Shown in pieces: positions 54,174-64,000 of a stretch of 64,000 bases of DNA (positions within the stretch are counted from its first letter, which is position 1; every line of letters starts with the position of its first letter). Origin of the DNA: an uncultured Methylomirabilota bacterium (lineage in GTDB: Bacteria > Methylomirabilota > Methylomirabilia > Methylomirabilales > 2-02-FULL-66-22); the NCBI GenBank assembly GCA_963705305.1, contig OY970067.1, forward strand, positions 4,704,001 through 4,768,000, read 5' to 3'. Below the pieces are notes generated by a model. The model was not told the DNA's origin. It ran no database searches and was given only the letters and a program-made list of their open reading frames with translations. The translations under genes and the position numbers were made by a program.

Positions 54174-56660
54174 TCAGCCTCTCAGATGCGCCCCCAGGCC
54201 GCGCGAAATGGTCTCCAGGATGCGCTGCCTTTCCGCGTCGATCTCCGCATCGGTCAGCGTACGGTCGGGAGCCTGGAACGCCAGGGAGAACGCCACGCTC
54301 TTCTTGCCGTCCGCCACCTGCGGACCCTGATAGACGTTGAACAGCCGGACCGACGCCAGCCAGGGCCCCCCGGCAGCCTGGATGGCGTCGGTGAGATCCG
54401 CGGCCGGGACGGTCGCATCGACCACCACGGCGATATCCTGCAGCACCGGCGGGAAGCGCGGGACGGCCGAGACCCGGCGGACCCCCGAGACCCTCGCCAG
54501 CAGGGCGTCCAGATCGAGCTCCCCCAGACAGACGGGCCCGGGCGGCACGTCAAAGCTGGCGCGAACCCTGGGATCCAGCTCTCCCAGGATGCCCACCGCC
54601 TCTCCGTCCATCCGCAGGCCGGCGGTCCGGCCCGGGGACAGGGCGGGATGGACGGCCGGCTCGAAGGAGATCCCGGGGAGGCGAAGGCCCTGGAAGAGCG
54701 CCTCCAGGACTCCCTTGAGGGCGAAGAAATCGATCTGGGGAGGGTCCGCGTCGTGGGCCGAGGCCGCGGCCGTTCGGCCGGCCATCCCGATGGCCAGACG
54801 CCTCGGCTCGGCGGGAAGGTCCAAATCGGGCACGGGCAGAAAGACCGGACCGATCTCGAAGAAGCACAGGCGATCGCGCAGCCGGGCGTTGTGGGCGATC
54901 ACCTCCAGCATTCCCGGCAGCAGGGTCTGTCGCATCGCCGTCCGGTCGGCGCTGATGGGATTGGCGATCCGAACGTAGGCCCGCTCGGCGGGCGGCTCCC
55001 CGCCCGGAACGAGCGAGGCCTCGCGCTGCGGGGTCGTCAGGCGATACGAGATCACCTCCTGGAGGCCGGCCACCGTCAGGAGGTCCCGAACCAGTTCCTC
55101 CTGCTCCACTTGGATGTTGCTCCGCTGCGGCGGCAGCCGGTCGGCCAGCTCGGTGATCGGGATCCGATCGTACCCGGAGACGCGGGCGATCTCTTCCAGG
55201 AGGTCGGCCACTCCCACGACGCCGGTCCCGATGTCCAGGCGATGCGGCGGCGCCGTGATCCGGAATCCGTCCGACCCCTGCGGGTCGCAGGTGAACTCCA
55301 GGGCGGTGAGGATGCGGGTGATCTCCGCCCTCGGCACGTCCATGCCCAGCACCCGCCGCACGTCGCCGAGCTTGAGGTCCACCACGACGGGCGCCTGGGG
55401 GGCCGGGTAGCAATCGACCACACCCGCGGCGATGGTTCCCCCGCCCAGGCGGCGCATCAGCTCGGTGGCCCGCATCACGGCGGCGACCGCCAATGCCGCC
55501 GGAACCCCCCGTCCGAAGCGGGCGCTGGCCTCGCTGGGCAGCTTGAGCGCCTGCGTGGTCTTGCGGATGGAGACGAAATGGAAATTCGCCGATTCGAGGA
55601 GCACGCGGGTCGTGCGGTCGGTGACCTCCGTTTCGGCTCCCCCCATCACCCCGGCCACGGCGATGGGACCCGCCGCATCCGTGATCAGCAGCCGCTCGGG
55701 CCCCAGGGGGCGAGTCACGCCGTCCAGCGTGGTGAGGCTCTCGCCTGGGCGGGCCGTCCGAACGGTGATGTGAGGAATCCCCTTGGCCCGGCGGACCAGG
55801 GCGTCGTAGTCGAAGGCGTGGAGCGGCTGTCCCCACTCCAGCATGATGTAGTTGGTCACATCCACGAAGTTGTTGATGGGCCGGATGCCGGCCAGGCGGA
55901 GGCGGCGGCGCATCCACTCCGGGGAGAGGCGGATCGTCACGCCGCCGATCAGGGTGGCCGTGTACCGGGGGCACAGGGCCGGATCGGCGATGCTGAGCCG
56001 CACCTGGCCCTCGGCCGGCTCGCCTTCGGCCAGCATGTCCGTGCGGGGCGGCCGGACCCGGCCCCCGGTCAGGGCTGCGACCTCCCGCGCCACCCCCAGC
56101 ACGGAGAGGCAGCGGGCCATGTTGGGCGTAATCTCGAGGTCCAGCACGACGTCTCCGAGGTAGTCCGACAGGGGCGCGCCCACGGGCGCATCCGCATCCA
56201 GGAGCAGCACCCCCGTGTGGTCGTCGGAGAGGCCCAGCTCCTTCTCCGACAGGATCATGCCGTCCGAATGGACGCCCCGGACCTTCCGCCCCTTGAGCGT
56301 GGTGATCTGGGGCGCCGCGGCGTAGGCATCCCAGTACCGCGCCCCCTCCAGGGCAAAGGCCACTTTCTGGCCGGCGTCTCCCACGCGGAGGTTGGGCGCG
56401 CCCGTCACCACGGTCTTGCGCCGCCCCTCCCCGTATGCCACCGCGGCCAGGACCAGCCGGTCCGCGTCGGGATGGGGGCGGACCTCCAGGATCTCCGCCA
56501 CCATCATCCGGGCGGGGTCCCAGGGCAGCGGGCTGCCCGGCACGCCGACCTGCTGGATGGACGCCACCTCCAGCCCGGCCAGCGTCAGGCGCTCGGCCAG
56601 CTCCGGAACCGGCAGAGGGATCTCGACGAACTCCTGCAGCCAGCTCATCGGCACGCGCAT
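54174..56660 (-). CDS. pheT: phenylalanine--tRNA ligase beta subunit
   Basis: HPDADRL, TPNMARC, NYIMLEWGQPLHAFD, DLLEEIAR, FDX-ACB C-terminus. Confidence 0.97.
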   Translation of the reverse strand: MRVPMSWLQEFVEIPLPVPELAERLTLAGLEVASIQQVGVPGSPLPWDPARMMVAEILEVRPHPDADRLVLAAVAYGEGRRKTVVTGAPNLRVGDAGQKVAFALEGARYWDAYAAAPQITTLKGRKVRGVHSDGMILSEKELGLSDDHTGVLLLDADAPVGAPLSDYLGDVVLDLEITPNMARCLSVLGVAREVAALTGGRVRPPRTDMLAEGEPAEGQVRLSIADPALCPRYTATLIGGVTIRLSPEWMRRRLRLAGIRPINNFVDVTNYIMLEWGQPLHAFDYDALVRRAKGIPHITVRTARPGESLTTLDGVTRPLGPERLLITDAAGPIAVAGVMGGAETEVTDRTTRVLLESANFHFVSIRKTTQALKLPSEASARFGRGVPAALAVAAVMRATELMRRLGGGTIAAGVVDCYPAPQAPVVVDLKLGDVRRVLGMDVPRAEITRILTALEFTCDPQGSDGFRITAPPHRLDIGTGVVGVADLLEEIARVSGYDRIPITELADRLPPQRSNIQVEQEELVRDLLTVAGLQEVISYRLTTPQREASLVPGGEPPAERAYVRIANPISADRTAMRQTLLPGMLEVIAHNARLRDRLCFFEIGPVFLPVPDLDLPAEPRRLAIGMAGRTAAASAHDADPPQIDFFALKGVLEALFQGLRLPGISFEPAVHPALSPGRTAGLRMDGEAVGILGELDPRVRASFDVPPGPVCLGELDLDALLARVSGVRRVSAVPRFPPVLQDIAVVVDATVPAADLTDAIQAAGGPWLASVRLFNVYQGPQVADGKKSVAFSLAFQAPDRTLTDAEIDAERQRILETISRGLGAHLRG

Positions 56661-56726
56661 GGGTGTCTGTCCTCTCCTCCGGGCGGGTGAAGGCCCGCCG
56701 CGTCCGGCCGCCGCGCGAGACGGCGG

Positions 56727-57761
56727 TCAGAACTGCTCCAGGAACCGGAGGTCGTTCATCCAGAAGTAGCGAATGTCCTCGATCCCGTGGCGGAGCATGG
56801 TGATCCGCTCCGGTCCCATGCCGAAGGCGAAGCCCGAATACGCTTCGGGATCGTAGCCGCCGTTCTTGAGGACCACGGGATGCACCATGCCGCAGCCCAG
56901 GATCTCCAGCCACCCGCTCTGCTTGCAGAGGCCGCAGCCCGTCCCGTTGCAGATCATGCACTCCACATCCATCTCGGCGCTGGGCTCGGTGAAGGGGAAG
57001 TGGCTGGCGCGGAAGCGGACCCGGCGCTCCGGACCGAACATGCGGTGGGCGAAGCTGATCAGCGTCCCCTTCAGGTCGGTCATGGTGATGTGGCGGCCGA
57101 CGGCCAGCCCCTCGACCTGGTGGAACTGGATCTCGGAGCGCGCCGTGATCTGCTCGTAGCGGTAGCACATGCCGGGCAGGATCACCCGGATGGGCTCCGG
57201 GCAGTACTCCCGCATGGCCCGGATCTGGCCGGGCGAGGTGTGCGTCCGCAGCAGGACTCCGTCCTGCGTCGTGTAGAAGGTGTCCCACATGTCGCGCGCG
57301 GGATGGTGGGCGGGGATGTTGAGGAGCTCGAAGTTCATCTCGTCGCTCTCCACATCCCGGCTGCGGTAGATCTGAAAGCCCATGTCGGCGAAGATCTGGC
57401 AGATCCGCCGCAGCACCTGCGTGCTGGGATGCAGCCGGCCCACCGGGACCGGCCGGCCCGGCAGCGTGACGTCCAGCCGCTCGGCCGCCAAGGCCGCCGC
57501 GCGGCTGGCCGCCTCCAGGGCCGTCCGGCGCTCCTCGAGGGCGGCCTCCAGCCGCTGCTTGACGTCATTGGCCAGCTTGCCGACAGCGGGACGCTCGGCC
57601 GCATCCAGCGCGCCGAGACCCCGCAGGATCGCGGCCAGGGATCCCTTCCGTCCCAGGTAGCGCAGGCGGACCTCTTCCAGGGCGGTTGCGTCCGCCGCCG
57701 CCCGTAGGTCCGCCTGGGCGGCCGCTTCCAGCGATGCGAGAGTCTGCGAGATTTCGCTCAT
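56727..57761 (-). CDS. pheS: phenylalanine--tRNA ligase alpha subunit
   Basis: [39 protein letters not shown]. Confidence 0.97.
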   Translation of the reverse strand: MSEISQTLASLEAAAQADLRAAADATALEEVRLRYLGRKGSLAAILRGLGALDAAERPAVGKLANDVKQRLEAALEERRTALEAASRAAALAAERLDVTLPGRPVPVGRLHPSTQVLRRICQIFADMGFQIYRSRDVESDEMNFELLNIPAHHPARDMWDTFYTTQDGVLLRTHTSPGQIRAMREYCPEPIRVILPGMCYRYEQITARSEIQFHQVEGLAVGRHITMTDLKGTLISFAHRMFGPERRVRFRASHFPFTEPSAEMDVECMICNGTGCGLCKQSGWLEILGCGMVHPVVLKNGGYDPEAYSGFAFGMGPERITMLRHGIEDIRYFWMNDLRFLEQF

Positions 57762-57773
57762 GGGTCGCTCACG

Positions 57774-57803
57774 AAAAAAGCGCCCCGAAGGCCTTCGGGG
57801 CGC
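57774..57803 (-). terminator. intrinsic terminator after rplT
   Basis: GCGCCCCGAAGGCCTTCGGGGCGC followed by TTTTTT on minus strand. Confidence 0.75.
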
Positions 57804-57826
57804 CTGGGAGAGGTGCGATCCGGAGG

Positions 57827-58186
57827 CTACGCGGCGGCCTGCTTCTTGGCCATCTCCGCCAGCGTATTGAAGGCGGCCGCATCGCGGACCGCCAGGTCCG
57901 CCAGCATCTTGCGGTCGACCGTCACCCCCGCCTTGCGCAGTCCGCCCATCAGGCGGCTGTAGGAGAGACCGCACAGGCGCGCCGCGGCGTTGATGCGGAC
58001 CACCCAGAGGTTCCGGAAGTCCCGCTTGCGATTGCGCCGATCCCGGTAGCTGTACGCCAGGCCCCGATCCACCGCCTCCTGGGCGCTGCGGAAGGCGTTC
58101 TTCCGCTTGCCCCAATAGCCCTCCGCCTGCTTCAGGACGCGATTGCGGCGCTGGCGTGTCTTGAACCCACCCTTTGCACGTGGCAT
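57827..58186 (-). CDS. rplT: 50S ribosomal protein L20
   Basis: [31 protein letters not shown]. Confidence 0.98.
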   Translation of the reverse strand: MPRAKGGFKTRQRRNRVLKQAEGYWGKRKNAFRSAQEAVDRGLAYSYRDRRNRKRDFRNLWVVRINAAARLCGLSYSRLMGGLRKAGVTVDRKMLADLAVRDAAAFNTLAEMAKKQAAA

Positions 58187-58228
58187 GGCTGAAACTCCTT
58201 GCGGCTTGCGCTGCTCCGATCCCGAGTG

Positions 58229-58427
58229 TTACCCGTACGGAAACAACACCCGCATGCGCTTGACGTCTCGTGGGATCGACCAGAGTCCCCTGGCGCAGCT
58301 TGCGCATGCGCTTGGTGGACTTGCCGGTCAACAGATGACTCTTGGACGCGTGCCAGCGGCGCAGCTTCCCGGTTCCCGTGGTCTTGAACCGCTTCGCCGC
58401 TCCGCGGTTGGTCTTCATCTTCGGCAT
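58229..58427 (-). CDS. rpmI: 50S ribosomal protein L35 with one extra base near 58268 (frameshifted as given)
   Basis: [15 protein letters not shown]; removing one base yields ...[20 protein letters not shown], 65 aa. Confidence 0.9.
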
Positions 58428-58534
58428 GGAACCACTCCTCTCCTCGCCAACAACCGATGTCAACTGGGCAACGCGCCGCGGAAGCCGACGGGCCCGGATC
58501 GCGCCCGGTTCCGGCCCACCGCGGGCGCCGGGTC

Positions 58535-59044
58535 TCAGTGCTTGGGAGCCAGGATCAGGCTCATGTTCCGGCCCTCGACCTTGGGGGCCTGCTCCACCAC
58601 CGCCACGTCCTTCAGTGCCTCGACGAACCGATCGAGGAGTGCCTTGCCCCGATCCATGCGCACCATCTCGCGCCCGCGAAACATCATCGTGATCTTGGCC
58701 TTGTTCCCTTCCTTCAGAAACCGTTCGGCGTGGCGGGCCTTGAACTGGAAATCGTGCTCCTCGGTCTTCGGCCGGAGCTTGATCTCCTTCAACTCGATGA
58801 CGGTCTGCTTCTTCTTGGCCTCCCGGGCCTTCTTGCTCTGCTCGTACCGGTACTTGCCGTAATCCATGATCCGGCAGACCGGCGGCCGGGCCTCGGGCGC
58901 CACCTCGACCAGGTCGAGGTTCTGGCTGTACGCCATCTGCAGCGCCTGCTCGGTGGGCAGGATGCCGAGCTGGCTTCCGTCGGGGCTGATCACCCGGACT
59001 TCCCTGATGCGGATCCGCTCGTTGACGCGCAGGCCTTTGCTGAT
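58535..59044 (-). CDS. infC: translation initiation factor IF-3, probable ATC start
   Basis: [48 protein letters not shown] then ATC at 59044. Confidence 0.93.
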   Translation of the reverse strand: MSKGLRVNERIRIREVRVISPDGSQLGILPTEQALQMAYSQNLDLVEVAPEARPPVCRIMDYGKYRYEQSKKAREAKKKQTVIELKEIKLRPKTEEHDFQFKARHAERFLKEGNKAKITMMFRGREMVRMDRGKALLDRFVEALKDVAVVEQAPKVEGRNMSLILAPKH

Positions 59045-59080
59045 GACGCCACCCTCCCGCCGCGATCAGGGGCCGCCTGG

Positions 59081-61075
59081 TCAGGCGGCCTGCGGCGCGT
59101 TCTCGGAGGCCAGCAGCCGGACGAACTCCGCCAGGGGCGTGGCGCCGCGATCCTGGCCGCCCCGCGCGCGGACCGACACCGTCCCCGCCGCCGTCTCCTT
59201 GTCCCCCACCACCAGGATGTACGGAATCTTCTGCAGCTCCGCTTCCCGGATCTTGTACCCGATCTTCTCGTTGCGGCTGTCCACCTCGGCCCGCAGCCCG
59301 TCCCCCACGAGCCGGGAAACGACGCCGGCCGCGTACTCGTGATGGCGATCCGCCACCGGCAGCACCCGGGCCTGCACCGGGGCCAGCCACACCGGGAACG
59401 CCCCTCCATAGTGCTCGATCAGGACCCCCAGGAAGCGCTCCATGGACCCCAGCAGGGCGCGGTGCACCATGTAGGGCCGGTGCTGCCGGTTGTCCTCGGC
59501 CACGAAGGTGATCCCGAACCGCTCTGGAAGATTGAAATCGAACTGGACCGTGGTGCACTGCCAGGGACGGCCCAGCGCGTCCTTGACCTTGATGTCGATC
59601 TTGGGGCCGTAGAAGGCGCCGCCGCCCGGGTCCACCTCATACGACTGGCCGGCGCGCTCCACCGCCCGCTTCAACGCCTCCGTCGCAGCGTCCCAGTCGC
59701 CTGGCTCCCCCACGAACTTCTCGGGACGGGTGGCCACGTACACCTCGTAGTCCGTGAACCCGAAGGTCCGCAGGAAGAACAGGCTGAACTTGACCGCTCG
59801 GGTGATCTCCTCGTCCATCTGCTCGGGCGTGCAGAAGATGTGGGCGTCATCCTGGGTGAATCCCCGCACCCGCAGCAGACCGTGCAGGACGCCGGCCCGC
59901 TCGAACCGGTACACCGTCCCCAGCTCGGCAAACCGCAGGGGCAGGTCGCGGTAGCTCCGCACCTTGGACTGGTAGATCATGATGTGGAAGGGGCAGTTCA
60001 TCGGCTTGACGTAGTACTCGTTCCCCTCCCCCTCCATCCGAGGGTACATGAGCTCCTTGTAGAAGTCCAGGTGGCCGCTCACCTCCCACAGCTTGCCCCG
60101 GCCCACGTGGGGGGTGTAGACGATGTCGTACCCGTTCCGCAGGTGCTCGCGCCGCCAGAAATCCTCGATGAGCGTGCGAACGATTCCCCCCTTGGGATGC
60201 CACAGGATCAGGCCGCCGCCGACCTCGTCGGCAATGCTGAACAGCTCCAGCTCCTGCCCGAGCCGCCGGTGATCCCGCCGCCGGGCCTCTTCCTGCCGTG
60301 CCAGGTGCACATCCAGGGCGGCCTGGCTGGCAAAGGCGGTGCCGTAGATCCGCTGGAGCATGGGACGGCGCTCATCCCCCCGCCAGTAGGCCCCGGCGAT
60401 GTGCGTCAGCCGGAAGGCGGTGAGCCACGAGGTGTCCGGAACGTGCGGGCCGCGGCAGAGGTCCGTGAACTCCCCCGTCTGGTAGAAGCTGACGGCGCCC
60501 GCTCCCGCCTCGGCCTCGCCGGCCAGCTCGTCGTCCGACGCGGCCTCCGCCCCCTCGGGGCGCGAGGTGCCGGTCCGCCGGATCGTCTCCAGGATCTCGA
60601 CCTTGTAGGCCTGCCCGTGCTCCCGTGCCCAGGCCAGGGCCCGATCCATGGGCAGCTCGCGGCGCTCGTAGCGGAGGCCCCGGTCGGCCAGCTCGCGCAT
60701 CTTGGCCTCGATGGCGGGGAGGTCTTCCGGAACCAGGGCGCGCGGAAGCTCCATGTCATAGTAGAAGCCGTCGTCGATGGCGGGGCCGATGGCGAACTTC
60801 GCCTCCGGGAAGAGGGCCTGCACGGCCGCGGCCATCAGATGGGCTGCGCTGTGCCGGAGGATCCGGAGCCCCACCGGCGAGTCGGCCGGCACCAGGACCA
60901 GCCTGGCCCCCGCCGGCGCGGGTGTCATGAAGTCCAGGATATGGCCGTCCCACGCGGCGGCCACGGCACCCCGCACGGCGGCGGCCCCGAACGAGGGGAG
61001 ACTCGCCAGGATCGGCTGCTCCGCCGGGACGGAAACCCGGCGGCCGTCGGCCAGCATCAATTCGGCGTCAGCCAT
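59081..61075 (-). CDS. thrS: threonine--tRNA ligase
   Basis: [45 protein letters not shown]. Confidence 0.98.
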   Translation of the reverse strand: MADAELMLADGRRVSVPAEQPILASLPSFGAAAVRGAVAAAWDGHILDFMTPAPAGARLVLVPADSPVGLRILRHSAAHLMAAAVQALFPEAKFAIGPAIDDGFYYDMELPRALVPEDLPAIEAKMRELADRGLRYERRELPMDRALAWAREHGQAYKVEILETIRRTGTSRPEGAEAASDDELAGEAEAGAGAVSFYQTGEFTDLCRGPHVPDTSWLTAFRLTHIAGAYWRGDERRPMLQRIYGTAFASQAALDVHLARQEEARRRDHRRLGQELELFSIADEVGGGLILWHPKGGIVRTLIEDFWRREHLRNGYDIVYTPHVGRGKLWEVSGHLDFYKELMYPRMEGEGNEYYVKPMNCPFHIMIYQSKVRSYRDLPLRFAELGTVYRFERAGVLHGLLRVRGFTQDDAHIFCTPEQMDEEITRAVKFSLFFLRTFGFTDYEVYVATRPEKFVGEPGDWDAATEALKRAVERAGQSYEVDPGGGAFYGPKIDIKVKDALGRPWQCTTVQFDFNLPERFGITFVAEDNRQHRPYMVHRALLGSMERFLGVLIEHYGGAFPVWLAPVQARVLPVADRHHEYAAGVVSRLVGDGLRAEVDSRNEKIGYKIREAELQKIPYILVVGDKETAAGTVSVRARGGQDRGATPLAEFVRLLASENAPQAA

Positions 61076-61090
61076 GGGACTCCGCACAAC

Positions 61091-61126
61091 AAAAAAGCAT
61101 CACGATACCGCCCGCATCGTGATGCT
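61091..61126 (-). terminator. intrinsic terminator-like hairpin between tRNA-Val and thrS
   Basis: AGCATCACGAT-N9-ATCGTGATGCT followed by TTTTT. Confidence 0.7.
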
Positions 61127-61163
61127 GAGATCACTCACTATGCCGTCACGGAACAAGAGATGG

Positions 61164-61238
61164 TGGTGGGCACGGGTGGTTTCGAACCACCGACCTCTTG
61201 CGTGTCAAGCAAGCGCTCTCCCCCTGAGCTACGCGCCC
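61164..61238 (-). tRNA. tRNA-Val(GAC)
   Basis: CTTGC-TT GAC AC-GCAAG, CCA. Confidence 0.95.
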
Positions 61239-61283
61239 ACGCCCTGTCTCCGGGCAGGCCATAAAGACGCAAAACAAAGGATA

Positions 61284-61311
61284 TTTATACCCGAAAGCCC
61301 AAATCTGTCAA
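61284..61311 (-). promoter_or_regulatory. sigma70 promoter of tRNA-Val/thrS
   Basis: TTGACA-N16-TATAAA. Confidence 0.65.
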
Positions 61312-61375
61312 GGGAAAAGGTCCCTTGCAGGCCGGCGTCGGGAGCCGCTCCGGTCATCCAAGATTTGGACCGCCT

Positions 61376-61432
61376 TGGTGCGGGAGGCGGGACTTGAACC
61401 CGCACGGGCCGAGGCCCACAAGATTTTAAGTC
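61376..61432 (-). pseudogene. 3' half of tRNA-Leu(TAA), probable attachment site
   Basis: GA-CT TAA AA-TC, variable arm, GCGGGTTCAAGTCCCGC, CTCCCGCACCA present; D-arm and 5' acceptor strand absent. Confidence 0.8.
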
Positions 61433-61510
61433 GAAACCCCGCGTGAGCGGACCATACAGGAAAACCGGGGAGTTGGCAAGGGAATCACGGGGTTTCGCGT
61501 TTATCGCTCG

Positions 61511-61777
61511 TTGGTTCTTGTTGGGAGTTTTCCGGTGTTTCAGAAGCCACTTTGGCACAATCCTAGGCACAGCAACCTGGAGGCCCGGCTCGCCCGCCGC
61601 CTGTATGATGTGAAGCAGGCTGGGGTGTTTCTCGGGGTCTCCGCCTGGACCGTGCGTGAGCTCATTTGGCGGGGGGACCTCCCGAGTATCCGGGTCGGTC
61701 GATTGCTTCGCGTGGATCTGCAGGACCTTGAGTCGTTTATCGCCCGGAACCGCACCGACGGGGCCGCCAAGTCGTGA
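61511..61777 (+). CDS. excisionase-like HTH DNA-binding protein; start uncertain
   Basis: LYDVKQAGVFLGVSAWTVRELIWRGDLPSIRVGRLLRV..DLESFI. Confidence 0.8.
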   Translation: MVLVGSFPVFQKPLWHNPRHSNLEARLARRLYDVKQAGVFLGVSAWTVRELIWRGDLPSIRVGRLLRVDLQDLESFIARNRTDGAAKS

Positions 61778-61808
61778 CGGCCCCCGCGCAACCGGAAAGG
61801 GAGACCGG

Positions 61809-62123
61809 GTGAACTACGGCGGGAACTCGCAGGACGAGATGGAAGTCACGATCCGGCTCGATCGCCAGGATCGGCAAGCGCACATCTGCTCCACCTGGCC
61901 GGAGTGGAGCCGGAAGCTCGAGCGGCTGTACGGGGCCCCGAAGCAGGTCACGGAGCGCGACGGGAAGGCGACCTCGGCCTTCTGGGTGGTTCCCCTCCCC
62001 GCGATCCGAGTGCGCCGGCCAGGGCCCGGTCGGGCGGGGACCGTGGAGCAACGGCGCGCGGCGGCAGACCGCCTCCGGACCGCCCGCTCTGCCCGAGGCC
62101 GCCCAGCGAACACTCTGGCCTGA
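61809..62123 (+). CDS. hypothetical mobile-element protein
   Basis: SD AAGGGAG before GTG 61809; 104 aa; co-oriented between excisionase and recombinase. Confidence 0.6.
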   Translation: MNYGGNSQDEMEVTIRLDRQDRQAHICSTWPEWSRKLERLYGAPKQVTERDGKATSAFWVVPLPAIRVRRPGPGRAGTVEQRRAAADRLRTARSARGRPANTLA

Positions 62124-62239
62124 CGCCCGATCGCCTCGGGGTGGCGCATGTAGCCGCTCCGGGGGTCCCGGGGAATGAGCTTCACCCTGGCGCGCGGCCG
62201 GCGGCGGTCGGGTCAGCTGCGATGCAAGGAGATGCGCTC

Positions 62240-62951
62240 ATGCCTACCGTCCAGCACGAGATCCGTTCTCTGACCGCGGAGGAACCTGACCCGCCTCCGC
62301 CGGTTCGCCGAATCTCGGGCAACCCAGGCCCGCCAGCAGGGCACTACAGGGCCGATCCGGTCCTGGGGCCTGCTCGACCCCCTTCTCTCTTCCGGCCTCC
62401 GGGCCTCCGAGGTGGCCGGCCCCCAAGTCCGGGACTGCCTCCTGGGCTACGGCCAGGCCTCACTGGCGGTCCGCCAGGGCAAAGGGAACAAGCAGCGGGA
62501 GGTCTTCATCCCCCCGGACCTCAAGACGCACCTGAAAGCCTTCCTGACCTGGAAGCGGGACCTTGGGGAGAATGTGTCCGAGGAGGCCCCGGTCTTCCTC
62601 GGCCAGCGGGGGCCCCTCACCCGGAAGGGGGTCTGGCGGGTGGTGAAAGGCCTCATGGCGGCCGTGGGGCTGGATCCCCGGTACGCCACTCACAGTTGTC
62701 GGCACACCTACGCCACCCACCTGGACCGGGCCAGCGGGAACGACCTGGCGGTCGTCCAGGAGTAAGTGGTGCACGCGAGCATCAAGGCGACCACGATCGA
62801 CGCCAGGGTCACCAAGGAGGACAAGCTGCGGGCGGCCAATGCCCTCACCCAGCTCCTCCACAACTCGCAACAGAAGAGAACTGGTGCGAGTTGGCCCCTC
62901 CGACGCCCCGGAAGTCCCGGAGATCCGTCACGAAGTGTTGCGAGATCCTAA
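62240..62951 (+). pseudogene. tyrosine recombinase pseudogene (catalytic domain only)
   Basis: SGLRASE, GKGNKQR, HSCRHTYAT; +1 frameshift near 62285, TAA at 62763-62765, TTID where TTIY is expected. Confidence 0.85.
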
Positions 62952-63302
62952 GCCTTTCTCTCGGAGCCTCCGAGCTCCGTGCACTGCCTGGTCCATACAA
63001 GAGCGTCCGTAACCTCTGTCCAGTCTATATAAGCATGGCTCGAAGTACCCGCCCGAGGAATCAATGCGGGTGCCACTCCTTCGGCCGGAGTGCCAGTTGC
63101 GTAAGCGTCGGCCCACCCCCGACAGCGTTGGGTAGTGGCTGCAGACCGCTGCGCTAATGAGTCTGGGTGTGGTCAGGAGCGACACCAACACCACAGCCCT
63201 GGCCTGGTTAGCCAAGGGGTCCGGCCGAAGCAGGAGCAATTGGCTGCGGCTCTCACCTGCCGGATCACCCCGGACTACCCGTACCTGCGGGGCCTCGACG
63301 TG

Positions 63303-64000
63303 TCATCCTGAATCGCCCAACCGCCGTCCCCACAGGTGGGCCGCTCCCGCCCCCAGGGCCATGACGGCCGCCGCGACCCCAAAGATGCCGCGATAGCCGA
63401 TCCACTCCCCGACAGCCCCGAGACCCACGGTGGCCAGGACCACGCCTAGGTCGGAGGCCGCGGAGTAGAGTGCCACGGCCCACCCGCGGCGATGGCGGGG
63501 GAGGCCGATCAGGAGGGAGGCATACAGGACCGGAATGGCCGCTCCGTGCGCAGCCCCGCAGGCGAGAGCGACGAGGGCCAGGCGGAGTGCGCCGTGCCCG
63601 AAGGGGAGCGCCGCCAGGCCGGCGGCCAGGACCCCATACGCGGGGAGAAGCATCCCCGGTTGCACCAGGCGGCTCACCCCGAGCCCGCCCGCTAGGCGCA
63701 CAACGATCAGTCCGAGGTAGTACGCGAAGAAGAACAGGCCGACCCGCCCCGGGGCGGCGGCGATCCGGGCCACGGGGACGAAGGTGGAGAGCGTGCCGAA
63801 CTCCCACCCGACCAGCAGGGTCCCCAGCAGGAACGGGCCCGACCCGGTCGGGACCCCCTGCAGCGATATTGGCCGCTCGGCGCGGGGCCGCGCCGTCTCC
63901 GGGAGCTGCAGGACCAGCAGGAAGCAGGCGGCCAGGGCGAGGGCGGCGACGCCGAAGAGGGGGAAGAAGCCAGCCCGGCGGACGAGGGCCTCCCCGAGCC
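63303..64000 (-). CDS. MFS transporter (5' part outside window)
   Basis: multiple TM helices, RRGWAVALYSAASDLG, GYRGIF C-terminal MFS pattern. Confidence 0.75.
   Translation of the reverse strand, partial: LGEALVRRAGFFPLFGVAALALAACFLLVLQLPETARPRAERPISLQGVPTGSGPFLLGTLLVGWEFGTLSTFVPVARIAAAPGRVGLFFFAYYLGLIVVRLAGGLGVSRLVQPGMLLPAYGVLAAGLAALPFGHGALRLALVALACGAAHGAAIPVLYASLLIGLPRHRRGWAVALYSAASDLGVVLATVGLGAVGEWIGYRGIFGVAAAVMALGAGAAHLWGRRLGDSG

Larger units (their letters stand above)
61376..62951. mobile_element. left part of a decayed tRNA-Leu-integrated element (right end not visible)
   Basis: tRNA 3' fragment, then excisionase-like HTH, small hypothetical gene and tyrosine recombinase pseudogene. 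Confidence 0.65.

Noticed and set aside
56727..59558. 943-aa ORF appearing to fuse L35 with PheS
   Set aside because: Product of the rpmI frameshift plus stop-poor GC-rich alternative frames over thrS, infC and rplT
62928..63239. Lower-GC minus-strand ORF between the recombinase and MFS genes
   Set aside because: No recognisable domain in the frames checked and no SD; treated as unassigned remnant DNA

Overview
High-GC bacterial chromosome segment. The 16S sequence points to the NC10/Methylomirabilota lineage (near-matches to NC10-targeted primer sites; my inference). 1-18.4 kb is accessory metabolism: HAD, DinB, SDRs, GlcG, tag, a Zn amidohydrolase, a quinone reductase, an RpiR-led TRAP/aldolase/kinase/dehydrogenase sugar-acid operon, Fe-SOD and an AKR/SDR/Zn-dehydrogenase cluster. 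18.5-27 kb is a Dif-like chemosensory operon (cheR, sensorless MCP, cheW, cheY, receiver-less cheB, cheA, cheC) running into larE and a PilZ gene. A nested MITE/REP composite lies at 27.2-27.4 kb. 27.4-61.2 kb is core housekeeping: pncB, rsmA, bamD, clpX, clpP, tig, a 7-tRNA cluster, rdgB, rph, GerMN, amidase, one complete rRNA operon, tyrS, PBP1A, folD, ymdB, rny, 6S RNA, zapA/zapB, pheT, pheS, rplT, rpmI, infC, thrS and tRNA-Val. From 61.4 kb a decayed integrative element begins at a tRNA-Leu(TAA) 3' fragment. The most unusual observation is an intact protein-coding gene (membrane-anchored ComEA-like helix-hairpin-helix protein) inside the rRNA operon, between 23S and 5S, starting 10 nt after the 23S processing stem. 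All family calls come from motif recognition, with no database search, and several start codons are my choices.
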